From: a virus
Virus record (IMG/VR): IMGVR_UViG_3300045988_037140
Span: 11,143 to 75,142 of that record
Reading direction: 5' to 3' (one strand)
DNA length: 64,000 bases
This document shows, in pieces, positions 43,797 to 54,847 of this stretch. Positions within the stretch are counted from its first letter, which is position 1. Each line of letters starts with the position of its first letter. The notes under the pieces were generated by a model. The model was not told the origin of the DNA. It did no database searches and saw only the letters and a list, made by a program, of their open reading frames with translations. Both the position numbers and the translations under genes were made by a program.

Positions 43797-44714
43797 ATGA
43801 TTTATTATATATTATCAGGCTTGGTTATTCTTGCGTTAATAGGATATGTTTTATATCTCCGCAATAATCGGCTTTAGGTAGTATTGATAAATAAAGAAAG
43901 ACAAGAAGAAAATAAGCGTATTGAACAAGATATTGCATTGAAATAGAGAGAATTAGCAAAAGTAAAAGAAGATATTGTATCACATAATGAAATTGTCAAT
44001 TCTTTAAACGATACTGCGAATAAATTGCGGGAAAGCGCTGAATAGCGAGCGAAAGAGAGCGCTAAGGCTCAATTTGAAAAGAAAAGTAAAGAGCTTGATG
44101 AAACATATCAAGCTAAAGAAAAATATCATTTAGCAGAACTTCAGCAGATAACTAATCAAATTTCACATTAGCAAGATAAACTCCATGAATTAGAAGCTAA
44201 ATAGTTATCTTATATCTAGGCTCAATAGCGCCAAGAAGCGATTGCCGCAGATTAGGACTATTATCGTCTTGCTATTGATGAATTTAGTTTGAATGATATT
44301 ACTCTATTGCGTGATTTGCAAATTCACTTTGTGAAAAAGGAAATCATTGATAAAGTAATATGGGAGACCTATTATCGTCCTGCGTATGATATTCTTATGA
44401 CCCATCTATTTGCCACTAATAAAGGTAAAGTATGCGGTATCTATAAGATTACCGATCTAACAACTGGTTAGGCTTATATTGGTTAGTCTGTTGATATTAA
44501 AGAGCGTTTTAGACAGCACATTAAAACCTCTTTAGCATACGGACCTGCGACTAATAAGTTATATTAGGCGATGCAAAAATCTGGTCAATATAATTTTATA
44601 TTTGAGGTTTTGGAAGAAGTGCCTAGAGATTAGTTAAATGAACGAGAGACTTATTGGATTGAGTTCTATAAGACTAAAGAGCTAGGTATGAATGGAACTC
44701 GTGGAGGTTCATAA
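43797..44714 (+). CDS. GIY-YIG endonuclease domain fused to an N-terminal TM + coiled-coil (i-spanin-like) region; about 13 in-frame TAG codons
   Basis: ATG 43797. N-terminus MIYYILSGLVILALIGYVLYL (TM), then a Q/E/K-rich coiled coil. C-terminus GIYKITDLTTG*AYIG*SVDIKERFRQH...WIEFYKT = GIY-YIG. TAGs fall at conserved-motif positions. Ends at TAA 44712-44714. The ORF track shows only the fragment 44289-44471. Confidence 0.55.
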
Positions 44715-45025
44715 TGTTTAAAGTGATTGCGAGTCGTGGCGCAGGCAAGACAACTAGCTTAATGCGCTATGCAAATGATTTAGCATATAAATATCCTGAT
44801 AAGATGGTGCTCTTTGTTACTCAACATCCTCAACTGATGGTTAAAAAGTTCTTAGAGTTAACAAAAGAGCGTAGTCTACCGCAGAATTTAGGATTTATTA
44901 GCTATGGATATTTTCTAACAAAAGCGAGAGGTATGAAATGTATTGCTGTTATTGATGAACTAGATAGCTGGCTCGATCAATTTAACATTGTAGGATACAC
45001 AAATACTGTGGGAGACGATAACTGA
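44714..45025 (+). CDS. small P-loop protein (SRGAGKTT)
   Basis: 103 aa; Walker A. Confidence 0.4.
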   Translation: MFKVIASRGAGKTTSLMRYANDLAYKYPDKMVLFVTQHPQLMVKKFLELTKERSLPQNLGFISYGYFLTKARGMKCIAVIDELDSWLDQFNIVGYTNTVGDDN

Positions 45026-45877
45026 ATGAATAAAGCAGATAATTATATGGTTGAAACAATCAACCTTATTCTTGATAATGGATATAAGGATATTAACCCA
45101 AGACCGCATTACGCCGATGGCACTCCCGCGCATACTCTCTCTGTGAATCATAACTTCCGCACTTATGATTTATCCAAAGGAGAATTTCCTATTTGTACCC
45201 TGCGACCAATGGCTTGGAAAACTGGTATTAAGGAAATCTTCACTATTTATCAAAAGCCCACAAATGAAATTGCTAAGATGGAAGAAATGGGAGTTAATTG
45301 GTGGGGTGACTGGGATATTGGCGATGGCACGATTGGTCAACGTTATGGAGCAACAGTAAGTCGATATGATTTAATCAATAATTTGATTAAGGATATTGAA
45401 AATGACCCATATGGTCGCCGCAAGGTGGTTTCTTTATGGCAGGAAGCTGATCTTCGTGAAACTGCGGGATTGGCCCCTTGTGCGTTTCTAACCATCTGGA
45501 ATGTTCGTGGAGAATATCTTGATATGATGCTGGTTCAACGTAGCGGCGATATGCTTACCGCTTCTGGTCCCGGTGGTATCAATGAAATTCAGTATGCAGC
45601 GCTCTTGATGATGATTGCTCGTCATACTGGTTATAAACCTGGAGTATTTAGTCATGTAGTGGCTAATGAACAGATTTATGACCGTCATATGGATGCTGCA
45701 CATGAAATGATTTCAAGATTTTTCAATAGTATGTTCTTTGGCGATGATGCTTGCAAGAATCCTGTATTGCATCTAAATCCTGAGAAAACTAATTTCTATG
45801 ACATGACCATTGATGATTTTACGATAGAGAATTACTCTCCCATGAAACCGCAGTTAAAGTTGGAGTTGGGCATATGA
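45026..45877 (+). CDS. thyA: thymidylate synthase family (ThyA / dCMP hydroxymethylase-like)
   Basis: LAPCAFLTIWNVRGEYLDMMLVQRSGDMLTASGPGGINEIQYAALLMMIA parallels ThyA LPPCH.F.QF.V..G.LSCQLYQRS.D...G.PFNIASYALL. Confidence 0.6.
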   Translation: MNKADNYMVETINLILDNGYKDINPRPHYADGTPAHTLSVNHNFRTYDLSKGEFPICTLRPMAWKTGIKEIFTIYQKPTNEIAKMEEMGVNWWGDWDIGDGTIGQRYGATVSRYDLINNLIKDIENDPYGRRKVVSLWQEADLRETAGLAPCAFLTIWNVRGEYLDMMLVQRSGDMLTASGPGGINEIQYAALLMMIARHTGYKPGVFSHVVANEQIYDRHMDAAHEMISRFFNSMFFGDDACKNPVLHLNPEKTNFYDMTIDDFTIENYSPMKPQLKLELGI

Positions 45878-46392
45878 TTTCTGCTATTGTTGCGGTAGAC
45901 GAGAATTGGGGGATTGGCTATCAAGGTCAACTATTAGAACATATCCCAGCTGATCTAAAACATTTTAAAGAGCTGACCCAATATAATGTTGTAGTAATGG
46001 GGCGTAATACTTGGGAGAGTCTCCCTAAAAAGGATTCTCTACCAAGGCTTCCAGACCGTATCAATATTATTGTTTCTAACTCAATGGTTTCAAATGGGGT
46101 GATTTCTATTCTTGGAAATCTAACTGTTGCAATGCCATTAGAGGGAACTCTTGATTACATTAAGGCTTGTGATATGGATATTTTTGTTATTGGTGGAGGA
46201 CAGATTTACAATGCTCTTCTCCCCTATTGCGATAGAGTTTATGTAACAAAAATCTATGCAAGTCATGATAATATTGATACCTTTTTTCCTAATCTCGATG
46301 AATCAAAAGAATGGAATGCTATTGAGGAAGACTCAATGGCCTCATATAACGACATCAAATATCAATTTTGGCGGTATGATAGGGTCAGTTGA
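45874..46392 (+). CDS. folA: dihydrofolate reductase
   Basis: MISAIVAVDENWGIG... NVVVMGRNTWESLP... VIGGGQIY. Confidence 0.7.
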   Translation: MISAIVAVDENWGIGYQGQLLEHIPADLKHFKELTQYNVVVMGRNTWESLPKKDSLPRLPDRINIIVSNSMVSNGVISILGNLTVAMPLEGTLDYIKACDMDIFVIGGGQIYNALLPYCDRVYVTKIYASHDNIDTFFPNLDESKEWNAIEEDSMASYNDIKYQFWRYDRVS

Positions 46393-46399
46393 TTTTTCT

Positions 46400-46440
46400 T
46401 TAATTTTATGTTATTATATATGTATAAAAGGTAAGGAAAT
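46400..46440 (+). promoter_or_regulatory. phage consensus promoter + leader
   Basis: ttatgttattatatatgtataaaaggtaaggaaatgg. Confidence 0.4.
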
Positions 46441-46447
46441 GGATTAA

Positions 46448-46828
46448 ATGAATAATAAGTACAAAGCATTTACTGATTACTTCGATTGGCTAGTGCAGAA
46501 TTGCAAGGAGCCAGTTGTACTTCCCGATGAAGTACAAGATGTCTATAATCTCCTCCTTGCGCAGCAAGGTATGGAGAAACCTATGTTCACAGAAAGTGGA
46601 CTTTCAATCCTTGAGTATTTACAAACTTGTGATGCTACAAGTGTGAAAGCAAAAGATATTGCGGCTGGAATGGTTATTTCATCTCGCAAGGTATCTGGAG
46701 CTATTCGTAAACTCGTATCTGATGGGTTTGTAGATAAATATGGCCAGAATCCTGTCATTTATAGCTTGACGGAAAAGGGCAAAAATTTTGATATTAACGC
46801 TTATAAGGAGAATTTGAACAATGAGTAA
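46448..46828 (+). CDS. hypothetical (winged-helix-like) protein
   Basis: 126 aa. Confidence 0.35.
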   Translation: MNNKYKAFTDYFDWLVQNCKEPVVLPDEVQDVYNLLLAQQGMEKPMFTESGLSILEYLQTCDATSVKAKDIAAGMVISSRKVSGAIRKLVSDGFVDKYGQNPVIYSLTEKGKNFDINAYKENLNNE

Positions 46829-47777
46829 GAAAATGAAGAATGAATCCCATGTCGAAGGTTATGTTTACGAGCACAAGCTGGAAATGAAGGAGAGCGGTCC
46901 TAACTCTAAGAATCCCGGTACTGAGTTTATTAGTGGTACTCTTAGCGTGGCAACTGATGACGAGATGCTCAATGTTGTGCAAGTGCATTTCACTTATGTA
47001 ACTGCGGTGACCGCTAAGGGCAAGCCTAATAACACCTTTAATGTTCTGCAATCTATCATTGATGGCAAGATTGGTTCTGTAATGGAACACGGCAAAGAGA
47101 ACGCAGGTAAGGTCCGTATTGATACTGCCATTGGTCTAAATGAGTGGTATGATAAGGATGGTAATCTGGTGTCTGTCCGTCGTAACGAGGGAGGTTTCGT
47201 ACATCAGGTACAGGAACTGTGCGAGCCTAAGAGTCGTGCAACTTTCAACACTGATATGGTGATTACTAATGTCCGTCGTGTTGAGGCCGATGAAGAGAAG
47301 GAAACTCCCGAAAAGGTAATTGTTAAGGGTTGCGTGTTTGACTTCCGCAATGCTCTGCTCCCTGTTGAGTTTAGTGTTTATGAGCCATACGCTCCCGCAA
47401 AAGCTCTCGATTATTTCGAAAATCTCGGCGCTTCCTCTAGTTCTCCTGTCTTCACCAGAGTTCAGGGTATTCAGGTATCCAAAACTATTGTACGCAAGAC
47501 CGAGGAAGAGAGTGCATTTGGTGAAGCTGTTGTAAAGGAAACTCGTACTTCTCAGCGTGACTTTGTGATTAACTGGGCACAGCCTGAGACTTATGAGTGG
47601 GATAGCGAAGATACTTTGTTGGCTTCTGAACTGGGTGAGATGATGACCGCTCGTGAGGTTCATCTTGCTGAGATTAAGAAGCGTCAGGACGAGTATCAGG
47701 CTTCTCGTGGTAACGCGGCTGCGGCCGGTGCTTCTAAAGCAACTGCGGCTCCTGCAAAGGGCGACTACAACTTCTAA
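46821..47777 (+). CDS. putative ssDNA-binding protein
   Basis: Lies in the replication module; Ala/Gly-rich tail ending ...AKGDYNF (SSB-like amphipathic C-terminus). Weak call. Confidence 0.3.
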   Translation: MSKKMKNESHVEGYVYEHKLEMKESGPNSKNPGTEFISGTLSVATDDEMLNVVQVHFTYVTAVTAKGKPNNTFNVLQSIIDGKIGSVMEHGKENAGKVRIDTAIGLNEWYDKDGNLVSVRRNEGGFVHQVQELCEPKSRATFNTDMVITNVRRVEADEEKETPEKVIVKGCVFDFRNALLPVEFSVYEPYAPAKALDYFENLGASSSSPVFTRVQGIQVSKTIVRKTEEESAFGEAVVKETRTSQRDFVINWAQPETYEWDSEDTLLASELGEMMTAREVHLAEIKKRQDEYQASRGNAAAAGASKATAAPAKGDYNF

Positions 47778-47812
47778 TTAAATAAGGGGTAGTTATCTAC
47801 CCCTTTCATTTC
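47778..47812 (+). terminator. rho-independent terminator
   Basis: aaggggtagtt-atc-taccccttt. Confidence 0.5.
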
Positions 47813-47850
47813 CTCATTATAAATAAAATAATTAAAGGAGAAAGATAATT

Positions 47851-48825
47851 ATGAGTTTGCTTGACCTTAAACCACATGAAGTATCAAGAGATTTAAGAGG
47901 ATATTCAGTTTTATTCTATGGCACTCCTAAGTCTGGTAAGACTACGATTGCCAGTAAATTTCCCGGCGCGCTTCTTCTCGCTTTTGAGAAAGGTTATAAC
48001 GCGTTGCCTGGTGTATATGCCCAGCCTATCAATAGCTGGGGCGAATTTAAGAAGCTCTTTACAGAGCTGAAAACTCCAGAAGTACAGGAAAAGTTCCAGA
48101 CCATTGTTATTGACACCGCAGATATTGCTTATAGCTATTGCGAGAAGTATGTCTGCAATCGTGAAGGTGTTGATACCATCGCGGATCTACCCTATGGTAA
48201 GGGTTATTCCATGGTTGGTACCGAATTCGACGAGGCGATCCGCAAGATTCTTCAGTTGAATTATGGTCTGATTTTGATTTCTCACTCTACTGACAAGGTG
48301 TTTAAGGACGAAGAAGGTAATGAGTATAACCAAATCGTTCCTACTCTTGATAAGAGAGGTCGTCTGATTTGCGAGAGAACTTGCGACATCATCGGTTATT
48401 CTACTTCCGTAAATACTGACGAGGGCGTTCAGACTCGTCTCTTTATGAGAGGCACTCCTCGTTATGTAGCTGGTTCTCGTTTCAAGTATATCCCGAACTC
48501 TATTGAGTTTACCTATGATAACTTAGTAAATGCAATTGCGGAAGCTATCGACAAGCAGGCAGAAGAGACTGGTGGTAAGTTTATTTCTAATGAAGCTACT
48601 CAGGTAGTTACAGAAGATGTAACTTATGATTTTGATCGACTAAATGCTCGTTTCCAAGAATTGGTTGGCGAATTGATGTCTGCTAATCAGTCTAATGCCG
48701 GTAAGATTACCGCTATTGTTGATAAGTATCTTGGTAGGGGAAAGAAAGTCGGAGAATGTACTCCTGAGCAAGCTGAACAAATCGATCTTATTGTTCATGA
48801 CTTGGAGCTTCTAATTAAGGGCTAA
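47851..48825 (+). CDS. Sak4-like RecA-fold ATPase (AAA_24; GTPKSGKTT)
   Basis: Walker A VLFYGTPKSGKTTIA; Walker B VIDTAD. Confidence 0.55.
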   Translation: MSLLDLKPHEVSRDLRGYSVLFYGTPKSGKTTIASKFPGALLLAFEKGYNALPGVYAQPINSWGEFKKLFTELKTPEVQEKFQTIVIDTADIAYSYCEKYVCNREGVDTIADLPYGKGYSMVGTEFDEAIRKILQLNYGLILISHSTDKVFKDEEGNEYNQIVPTLDKRGRLICERTCDIIGYSTSVNTDEGVQTRLFMRGTPRYVAGSRFKYIPNSIEFTYDNLVNAIAEAIDKQAEETGGKFISNEATQVVTEDVTYDFDRLNARFQELVGELMSANQSNAGKITAIVDKYLGRGKKVGECTPEQAEQIDLIVHDLELLIKG

Positions 48826-48872
48826 GATTAAAGGAGAGTATTCTTGTATGGATACTCTCCTTTTGATTTTTT
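48826..48872 (+). terminator. rho-independent terminator
   Basis: aaggagagtattc-ttgt-atggatactctcctttt followed by gatttttt. Confidence 0.55.
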
Positions 48873-48874
48873 AT

Positions 48875-48915
48875 TATAATTATGGTATAATAGTTATAGA
48901 AAATGTAAAGAAAGG
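48875..48915 (+). promoter_or_regulatory. phage consensus promoter + leader
   Basis: ttataattatggtataatagttatagaaaatgtaaagaaaggag. Confidence 0.45.
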
Positions 48916-48921
48916 AGCGTA

Positions 48922-49458
48922 ATGATTATGGCAAAACATATGGTGAAGTGCTTGTACTGCGGCCAGATGTTTGATGCTAATACCGAGCCTTTCGTAAAAC
49001 CAAACGCAAGACGATATGCTCATGTAGCTTGTGCGAGGACCGAAGAAGAAAATCAAACTCAAGAAGAAAAAGACAAGCGTGAATTAGAAGAATATATCAA
49101 GGAATTATTTGGAGTTAGCACTATTCCAGTCAAAATTAGGAAACAAATGGATATCTTTAGAAAAGAAAAAAATTATAGCTATTCTGGAATGAGAAAAACG
49201 CTAAAATTTTTCTTTGAAGTTAAGGGTAATCCGATCGAAAAAGCTAACGGTGGTATCGGTATTATTCCTTGGGTATATGATAAAGCATTTGACTATTGGA
49301 GAGCTTTATGGGAAGCTCAAGAGCGCAATAAGGGAGTAGAAATTCAGAAGTATAATTTGCCTGTGCGGGAGATTCACATTGTTCCTCCTAAGAGAGAGCC
49401 AATGAAGCATACGCGGCAATTATTTACATTCTTAGACGAAGGAGAGGAAGATACATGA
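48922..49458 (+). CDS. hypothetical protein with an N-terminal zinc finger (CLYCG...HVAC)
   Basis: 178 aa. Confidence 0.4.
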   Translation: MIMAKHMVKCLYCGQMFDANTEPFVKPNARRYAHVACARTEEENQTQEEKDKRELEEYIKELFGVSTIPVKIRKQMDIFRKEKNYSYSGMRKTLKFFFEVKGNPIEKANGGIGIIPWVYDKAFDYWRALWEAQERNKGVEIQKYNLPVREIHIVPPKREPMKHTRQLFTFLDEGEEDT

Positions 49459-50996
49459 ATAGTAGTTATGTTGATACTGCTGCTATCACACAGATTATCG
49501 GTTGTGTCTTCAATAATGCCGCGATTCTCGATGACACAGACAAGTATATGATCCACGAAGAGGACTTCGTAGAAGATTTCCACAAGATTGTATTCGGTAG
49601 TATGTATAATATTCATCTGACAGGTAGTCAGGTTAATATCGACGCTATTATTGACTATCTAGCCAATAGACCTAAATTTGATGCAATCTTTAAGAAGAAT
49701 AAAGGTGTTGAGTATCTGTTAGAAGCTTCTCAAAATGCTCGACAAGACACTTTTAACTACTACTATGGTAGATTGAAAAAGTTCACTTTGTTAAGAGCTT
49801 ATGATAGCTATGGAGTGGATGTAAGTGGATTGTATGACGCAGATAATCTTCTTGATACTAAGAAGCGTCAGCAACAAGAGGATTGGTTAGATGCAACTTC
49901 ACTAATTGATATTGCAAATACGATTGATACCAAGATTGATGAAATCAAGAGTAAGTATATTGAAGATGATTTAGGTCTTGGGTATCAAGCGGGTGATGGT
50001 ATCATGGAGTTAATCGAAGACCTTGAGAAGCATCCAGAGGTCGGTATTCCTCTCTATGGACCGCTTATCAATACGGTAACAAGAGGAGCAAGATTGCGGA
50101 AATATTACTTGCGGTCCGCAGCTACTGGTATCGGTAAAACGAGAAGTATGATCGCGGATGCCTGCAATTTTGCGTGTAATCGTATCTACCATGAACAGTT
50201 TGGTTGGATTAAGAATGGCGCGTCTCAACCAACACTCTTTATTGCCACAGAGCAAGATAAAGGTGAAGTTCAAACAATGATGTTGGCTTTTCTTTCTTGC
50301 GTAAATGAGGAGCATATTCTTAACGGTCAGTATCTTGAGGGAGAACGCGAGCGAGTCGTAGAGGCGGCGAAGATTATTAAAGATAGTCCTATCTGGATTG
50401 AGGAATTACCAGATTTCTCTTTGCAAGATGTTGAGAATAAGATTAAGAAGAATATTCGAGAACATGATGTTAAGTATATCTTATTCGACTATATTCAGAC
50501 CTCTTTGAAAATCTTGGAGGAAATTACCAAGAAGACAGGCGGTATCCGCTTGAGAGAGGATAATATCTTGTTTATGCTTTCCGCAAGACTGAAAGATTTG
50601 GCAAATAAATATGGTATTTTTATCATGTCAGCAACTCAGCTGAATGGTGATTATAAAGATAGCGAAACTCCTGACCAGAACTTACTACGTGGTGCTAAGA
50701 GTATTGCCGACCGAGCTGACGTAGGTATGATTTTGCTAGGTGTTTCAGAAGAAGACTTAGCAAAGTTAGAACCAATTCTTGAAGCAAACCCCAATCTTCA
50801 AAGACCGAACATTAAACTCTCTGTCTATAAGAACAGACGAGGCTCTTATAAGGGCGTTTTCTTGTGGTGTACCGCGGATTTAGGTACTTGTCGTATTCAT
50901 CCTCAGTTTTGTACCACTTGGCATCATGAAATGGTTGGTATTGAAGATATTAAGGTTATTGTAGATGATGGACCCAGTGCATGGGATAATAATTAA
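49455..50996 (+). CDS. dnaB: replicative DNA helicase (DnaB family)
   Basis: N-terminal primase-interaction region, Walker A AATGIGKT, H4 motif SATQLNGDYK, C-terminal RecA-fold. Confidence 0.7.
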   Translation: MNSSYVDTAAITQIIGCVFNNAAILDDTDKYMIHEEDFVEDFHKIVFGSMYNIHLTGSQVNIDAIIDYLANRPKFDAIFKKNKGVEYLLEASQNARQDTFNYYYGRLKKFTLLRAYDSYGVDVSGLYDADNLLDTKKRQQQEDWLDATSLIDIANTIDTKIDEIKSKYIEDDLGLGYQAGDGIMELIEDLEKHPEVGIPLYGPLINTVTRGARLRKYYLRSAATGIGKTRSMIADACNFACNRIYHEQFGWIKNGASQPTLFIATEQDKGEVQTMMLAFLSCVNEEHILNGQYLEGERERVVEAAKIIKDSPIWIEELPDFSLQDVENKIKKNIREHDVKYILFDYIQTSLKILEEITKKTGGIRLREDNILFMLSARLKDLANKYGIFIMSATQLNGDYKDSETPDQNLLRGAKSIADRADVGMILLGVSEEDLAKLEPILEANPNLQRPNIKLSVYKNRRGSYKGVFLWCTADLGTCRIHPQFCTTWHHEMVGIEDIKVIVDDGPSAWDNN

Positions 50997-51008
50997 GGAG
51001 AAGATAAT

Positions 51009-51182
51009 ATGAAGAACTCTAAGGCTATTGATTATCAGATTACTAAGAAGCAGTTTGATGGTATTCTTTCTACTCGTAAGGATGATGAAGCAAAGAAGAA
51101 CCCTTATCAGTATGTAATGGGGATTATCAATGAGAGTTATGGTCTGCGTGGTACGGTAACTCATCTCGTTATTATTGAGTAA
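51009..51182 (+). CDS. hypothetical small protein
   Basis: RBS aaggagaagataat; 57 aa; not in the ORF track. Confidence 0.3.
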   Translation: MKNSKAIDYQITKKQFDGILSTRKDDEAKKNPYQYVMGIINESYGLRGTVTHLVIIE

Positions 51183-52285
51183 TGTCTCGTTATTATGATA
51201 AAGACGAGCTAAAGGAGAAACTAGAACTAGAGTAGATTTATGACTTGGTAGAAGCTTGGGGAGGCGAGCCTGAGTACACAGATGGAGGGCTTATCTCCCA
51301 AACCATTTGTCACAATTTACCTGGCGAAGGTTCCCGCAAGCTTTATTATTACACTAATACTCGATTGTTTAGATGCTATACTGGCTGTATTGATCCTACT
51401 TTTGATATCTTTGACCTATGTATCAAGGTAATGAAAAATCAAAAGCAACTGAAATGGGAAATGTACGATGCTATGGATTATATAGCATCGTACTTTGGTT
51501 TTGATGGTATCGAAAAACAAGAGGAACAATCGGAGTTAAAAGACTGGGACATATTTAAGAAACACAATCTGCGGCTTCCAGAAAAGAAACCTATGGTTCA
51601 ACTAAAAGAATATGATCCAGTTATTCTTACTCGCTTTGTTTATCCTCGAATTTCTCGTTGGGAGCGAGAAGGAATTAGTGATGAAGTAAGTAAGAAAAAT
51701 CTTATTGGCTACTATCCTGGCGGCGAGCAAATCACAATTCCGCATTTTGATATTGATAATCGTTTGATTGGTATTAGAGGTCGTTCTTTAGCGGCAGATG
51801 AAGCTGAAAGATATGGTAAATATAGACCTCTATTGATTGGTAAGCAATTATACAATCATCCATTAAGTATGAATCTGTATAACTTAAACAATAGCAAAGA
51901 TAATATCGCTAAAATCCACGCGGCGATTATTTTTGAGAGCGAAAAGTCTTGTTTGATGTATCAATCATACTATGGGCATGAGAATGATATTTCTGTCGCT
52001 ATTTGCGGAAGTAGCTTATCGAGCTATCAGGTTGATTTGTTGAAACAAGTTGGCGCGAGAGAAATTGTGATTGCTCTTGATAGGCAGTTCCAAGAAATTA
52101 GCGATGATGAGTTTAAGCGATTAAAAGCTAAACTTATTCATTTTTATAATAAATATAATAACTCTATAAGAGTAACAGCTATATTCGATAAAGCTATGAT
52201 TTCACCTTATAAAGCTAGCCCTATTGACCAAGGGCCGCAAGTTTTTGAGAAGTTATTAGCCGAACGAATTATTCCAAAAGGTTAA
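51182..52285 (+). CDS. DNA primase (CHC2 zinc finger + Toprim; DnaG/T7-primase-like)
   Basis: CHNLPGEGSRKLYYY...FRCYTGC zinc-binding domain and Toprim EIVIALDRQ. ATG 51182 is in frame through TAG 51233 and adds ...ELE*IYDLVEAWGG, which aligns with the DnaG N-terminus. The alternative start is TTG 51245. Confidence 0.6.
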
Positions 52286-52296
52286 GGAGGTAAATC

Positions 52297-54006
52297 ATGG
52301 ATTATTAGCTGATTAAGCCTATTCATGACGGTTACTCCGCTATTGAACAGGTGTTGACAAATAGAGGAATTAAATTTGAAGATATTGACCATTATCTTAA
52401 TGTATCAGAATCAGATAATTTATCGCCCCTTTTACTCAAAAATATTGAGAGTGCAGCTAAGATGATTTTTAATCAACTTAGTAAAGATAGTTTTCATATT
52501 CATGTGCAAGTGGATAGCGACTGCGATGGATACACTTCAGCAGCTTTGTTATTGAATTATATCCATGCTGTATTCCCATCTGCTATATCGCATATTTCAT
52601 ATAGTTTCCACGATGGCAAGATTCATGGTATTAACCCTGAGTTGATTCCACCAGAGACAACATTAGTCATTGCTCCAGATTCAAGCTCTAATGACTATGA
52701 TATTCACAAAGCTCTTCATGATAAGGGTATTGAAGTTCTTGTATTGGATCACCACTAGGCTGAGAGAATTTCAGAATATGCTTGTATTGTGAATAATCAA
52801 CTTTGTGATTATCCTACTAAATCGCTTTCCGGTGTTGGTGTAGTTTATAAGCTATGTCAGTTTATTGATTCTCTGCTTCCCGCAGATCAACAGAAAGCGG
52901 ATCAATTCTTGGATATAGTAGCTATTGGCTTAGTTGGAGATATGATGGATTTAAGAGATTTTGAAACACACTATCTAGTTCAGACTGGATTAAATCAAAT
53001 TCAAAATCCATTTATCAAAGGTATGGCAGAAAAGAATCATTACCAGTTAGGCGATCACCCTACTCCTATCGGGGTGGCTTTCTATATTGTACCACTTATT
53101 AACTCAATTACAAGAGTTGGAACGATGACTGAAAAGACTTTATTATTTGAGTCGATGCTTAACTGGAAAGCCTTTGATTTAGTTCCTTCAACTAAGAGAG
53201 GATGCTCTGGTCAGCAAGAGACAAGATTGGAACAAAGTTTGCGGACTTGCACTAATGTCAAGAATCGGCAAACGAGAAATCAGGATGCCGCGGTTGAACA
53301 GGTTAAAGCAATCATCGAGGATAATAAACTTCTCGATCATAAGATTTTGTTAATTAAATTAGAACACCCTTCTTTTGATAGAGGTATCACTGGTTTAATT
53401 GCTAACAAACTTATGGCAGAATACCAGCGTCCTGTGGCACTGTTAGTGGAAGTAGAAGAAGATGGGAAAATCGCTTGGAGCGGTTCGGCACGTGGATATG
53501 AGAAATCTAAACTAAATGATTTCAGAGGCTTTTGTCGAGATAGCGGTTTAGTTTATCTTGCTGAAGGTCATCCTAATGCATTTGGTTTCGGTATCTTAGA
53601 CGAGAATTTTGATGCCTTTCTCGAATATGCCGATAATGCACTCAAGGATATAGAATTTTCACCAAGTTATAAAGTGGATTTTATTCATTCTGTAAACAAC
53701 TTTAATCCTAAAGAAATTCTTGAACTAGGTAACATGAAAAATCTTTGGGGTCAAAATGTTGATGAACCACTTATCGCGGTGGAAAATGTTGCAGTAACAA
53801 AAGACATGATTACACTCATGGCAAGAGATAGGAACCCCACGTTGAAGATCCAATTACCCAACGGAGTTACTTGCATCAAGTTTAAATCAAGCGAAGAGGA
53901 GCTGGATAGTTTGTTCAGCGAAAACGGTTGCGTGACTATTAATCTTGTGGGTAAGGCCGAAGTAAATAAATACTTCAATACTGTAACACCACAACTTATT
54001 ATTTAG
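52297..54006 (+). CDS. DHH-family phosphoesterase (RecJ-like exonuclease / DHH-DHHA1) with two in-frame TAG codons
   Basis: Strong RBS aaggaggtaaatc + ATG 52297. TAGs at 52306 and 52756 (right after the DHH motif VLVLDHH*AER). ORF-track pieces 52351-52758 and 52789-54006 share one frame. DSDCDGYTSAA is DHH motif I. Confidence 0.6.
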
Positions 54007-54082
54007 AATTATGAGATTATAAATCGTCAGGAATATTATTTTTAATGATTGCGCGACCTCTTACTAAAGGAGGAACAATCAA

Positions 54083-54847
54083 ATGAGTCGTTTTATTAAA
54101 GTTATCACAAGTTTAATCATTATATTGTCTTTATGCGGATGTAGCTATGGCCTAGCGGTCACTACTCAAGCCTATTCCGTGCCGTATAACGAAACTGTTA
54201 GTTATACTCTTGATGATATGGATACATTGGTTGAGCTTATTGCGGAACAAATCTCGAATATGAACGCCGCACATCAAATGGCTGAAGCTGCTAGATAGCT
54301 AGGCTATAGTGAAGACCATGACGTCATTGTATTAGCAAAACAAGAACACGCTGATGCAAATGCTTTGAGAATGAAATATCAAAGCATATATGATCAACTC
54401 ATGGAACATTGGCATCAAAAGGAAGAAGAGTACCCAACAGCTACTTATATATGGACCTACTTCAAAGATCTGGGCTACAGTAACCAAGTTTGCGCTGGCA
54501 TTCTTGGTAATATAATGGCTGAAACTGGAGGTAACACATTAGACATTCAAGCCACGATTTCTGGTAACGGATATTATGGTATATGTCAATGGAATAAAGC
54601 CTACTCAAATGTATGGGGAGCCTCGTTAGAAGAGCAATGCGACTATCTGCGAGATACTATTGAGTACGAGTTCGATACATTCGGTTATGTTTATAAGAGA
54701 CATTTTGATTACAATAGTTTCTTGAATTTAACCGACATTAAGAGCGCTGCTCTAGCATTTGCTAAATGCTATGAGAGATGCGGTTCTGGGAGCTATTATA
54801 CGCGACAGCAAAATGCTATTGCTGCATATAATTACTTCATAAGTTAA
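54083..54847 (+). CDS. lipoprotein with a phage-lysozyme2-type peptidoglycan-hydrolase domain; one in-frame TAG
   Basis: Signal peptide + lipobox LSLCGC. TAG 54296 joins ORF-track pieces 54083-54298 and 54365-54847 in one frame. VCAGILGNIMAETGGN is paralogous to the endolysin N-terminal domain. Confidence 0.55.

Noticed and set aside
34984-44714. Hypothesis that UAG recoding is restricted to late/lysis genes
   Set aside because: In-frame TAGs also occur in nrdD, the DHH/RecJ-like gene, probably the primase and an MPE (early/middle functions). UAG is a rare sense codon genome-wide, although it is enriched in the lysin, holin and GIY-YIG genes.
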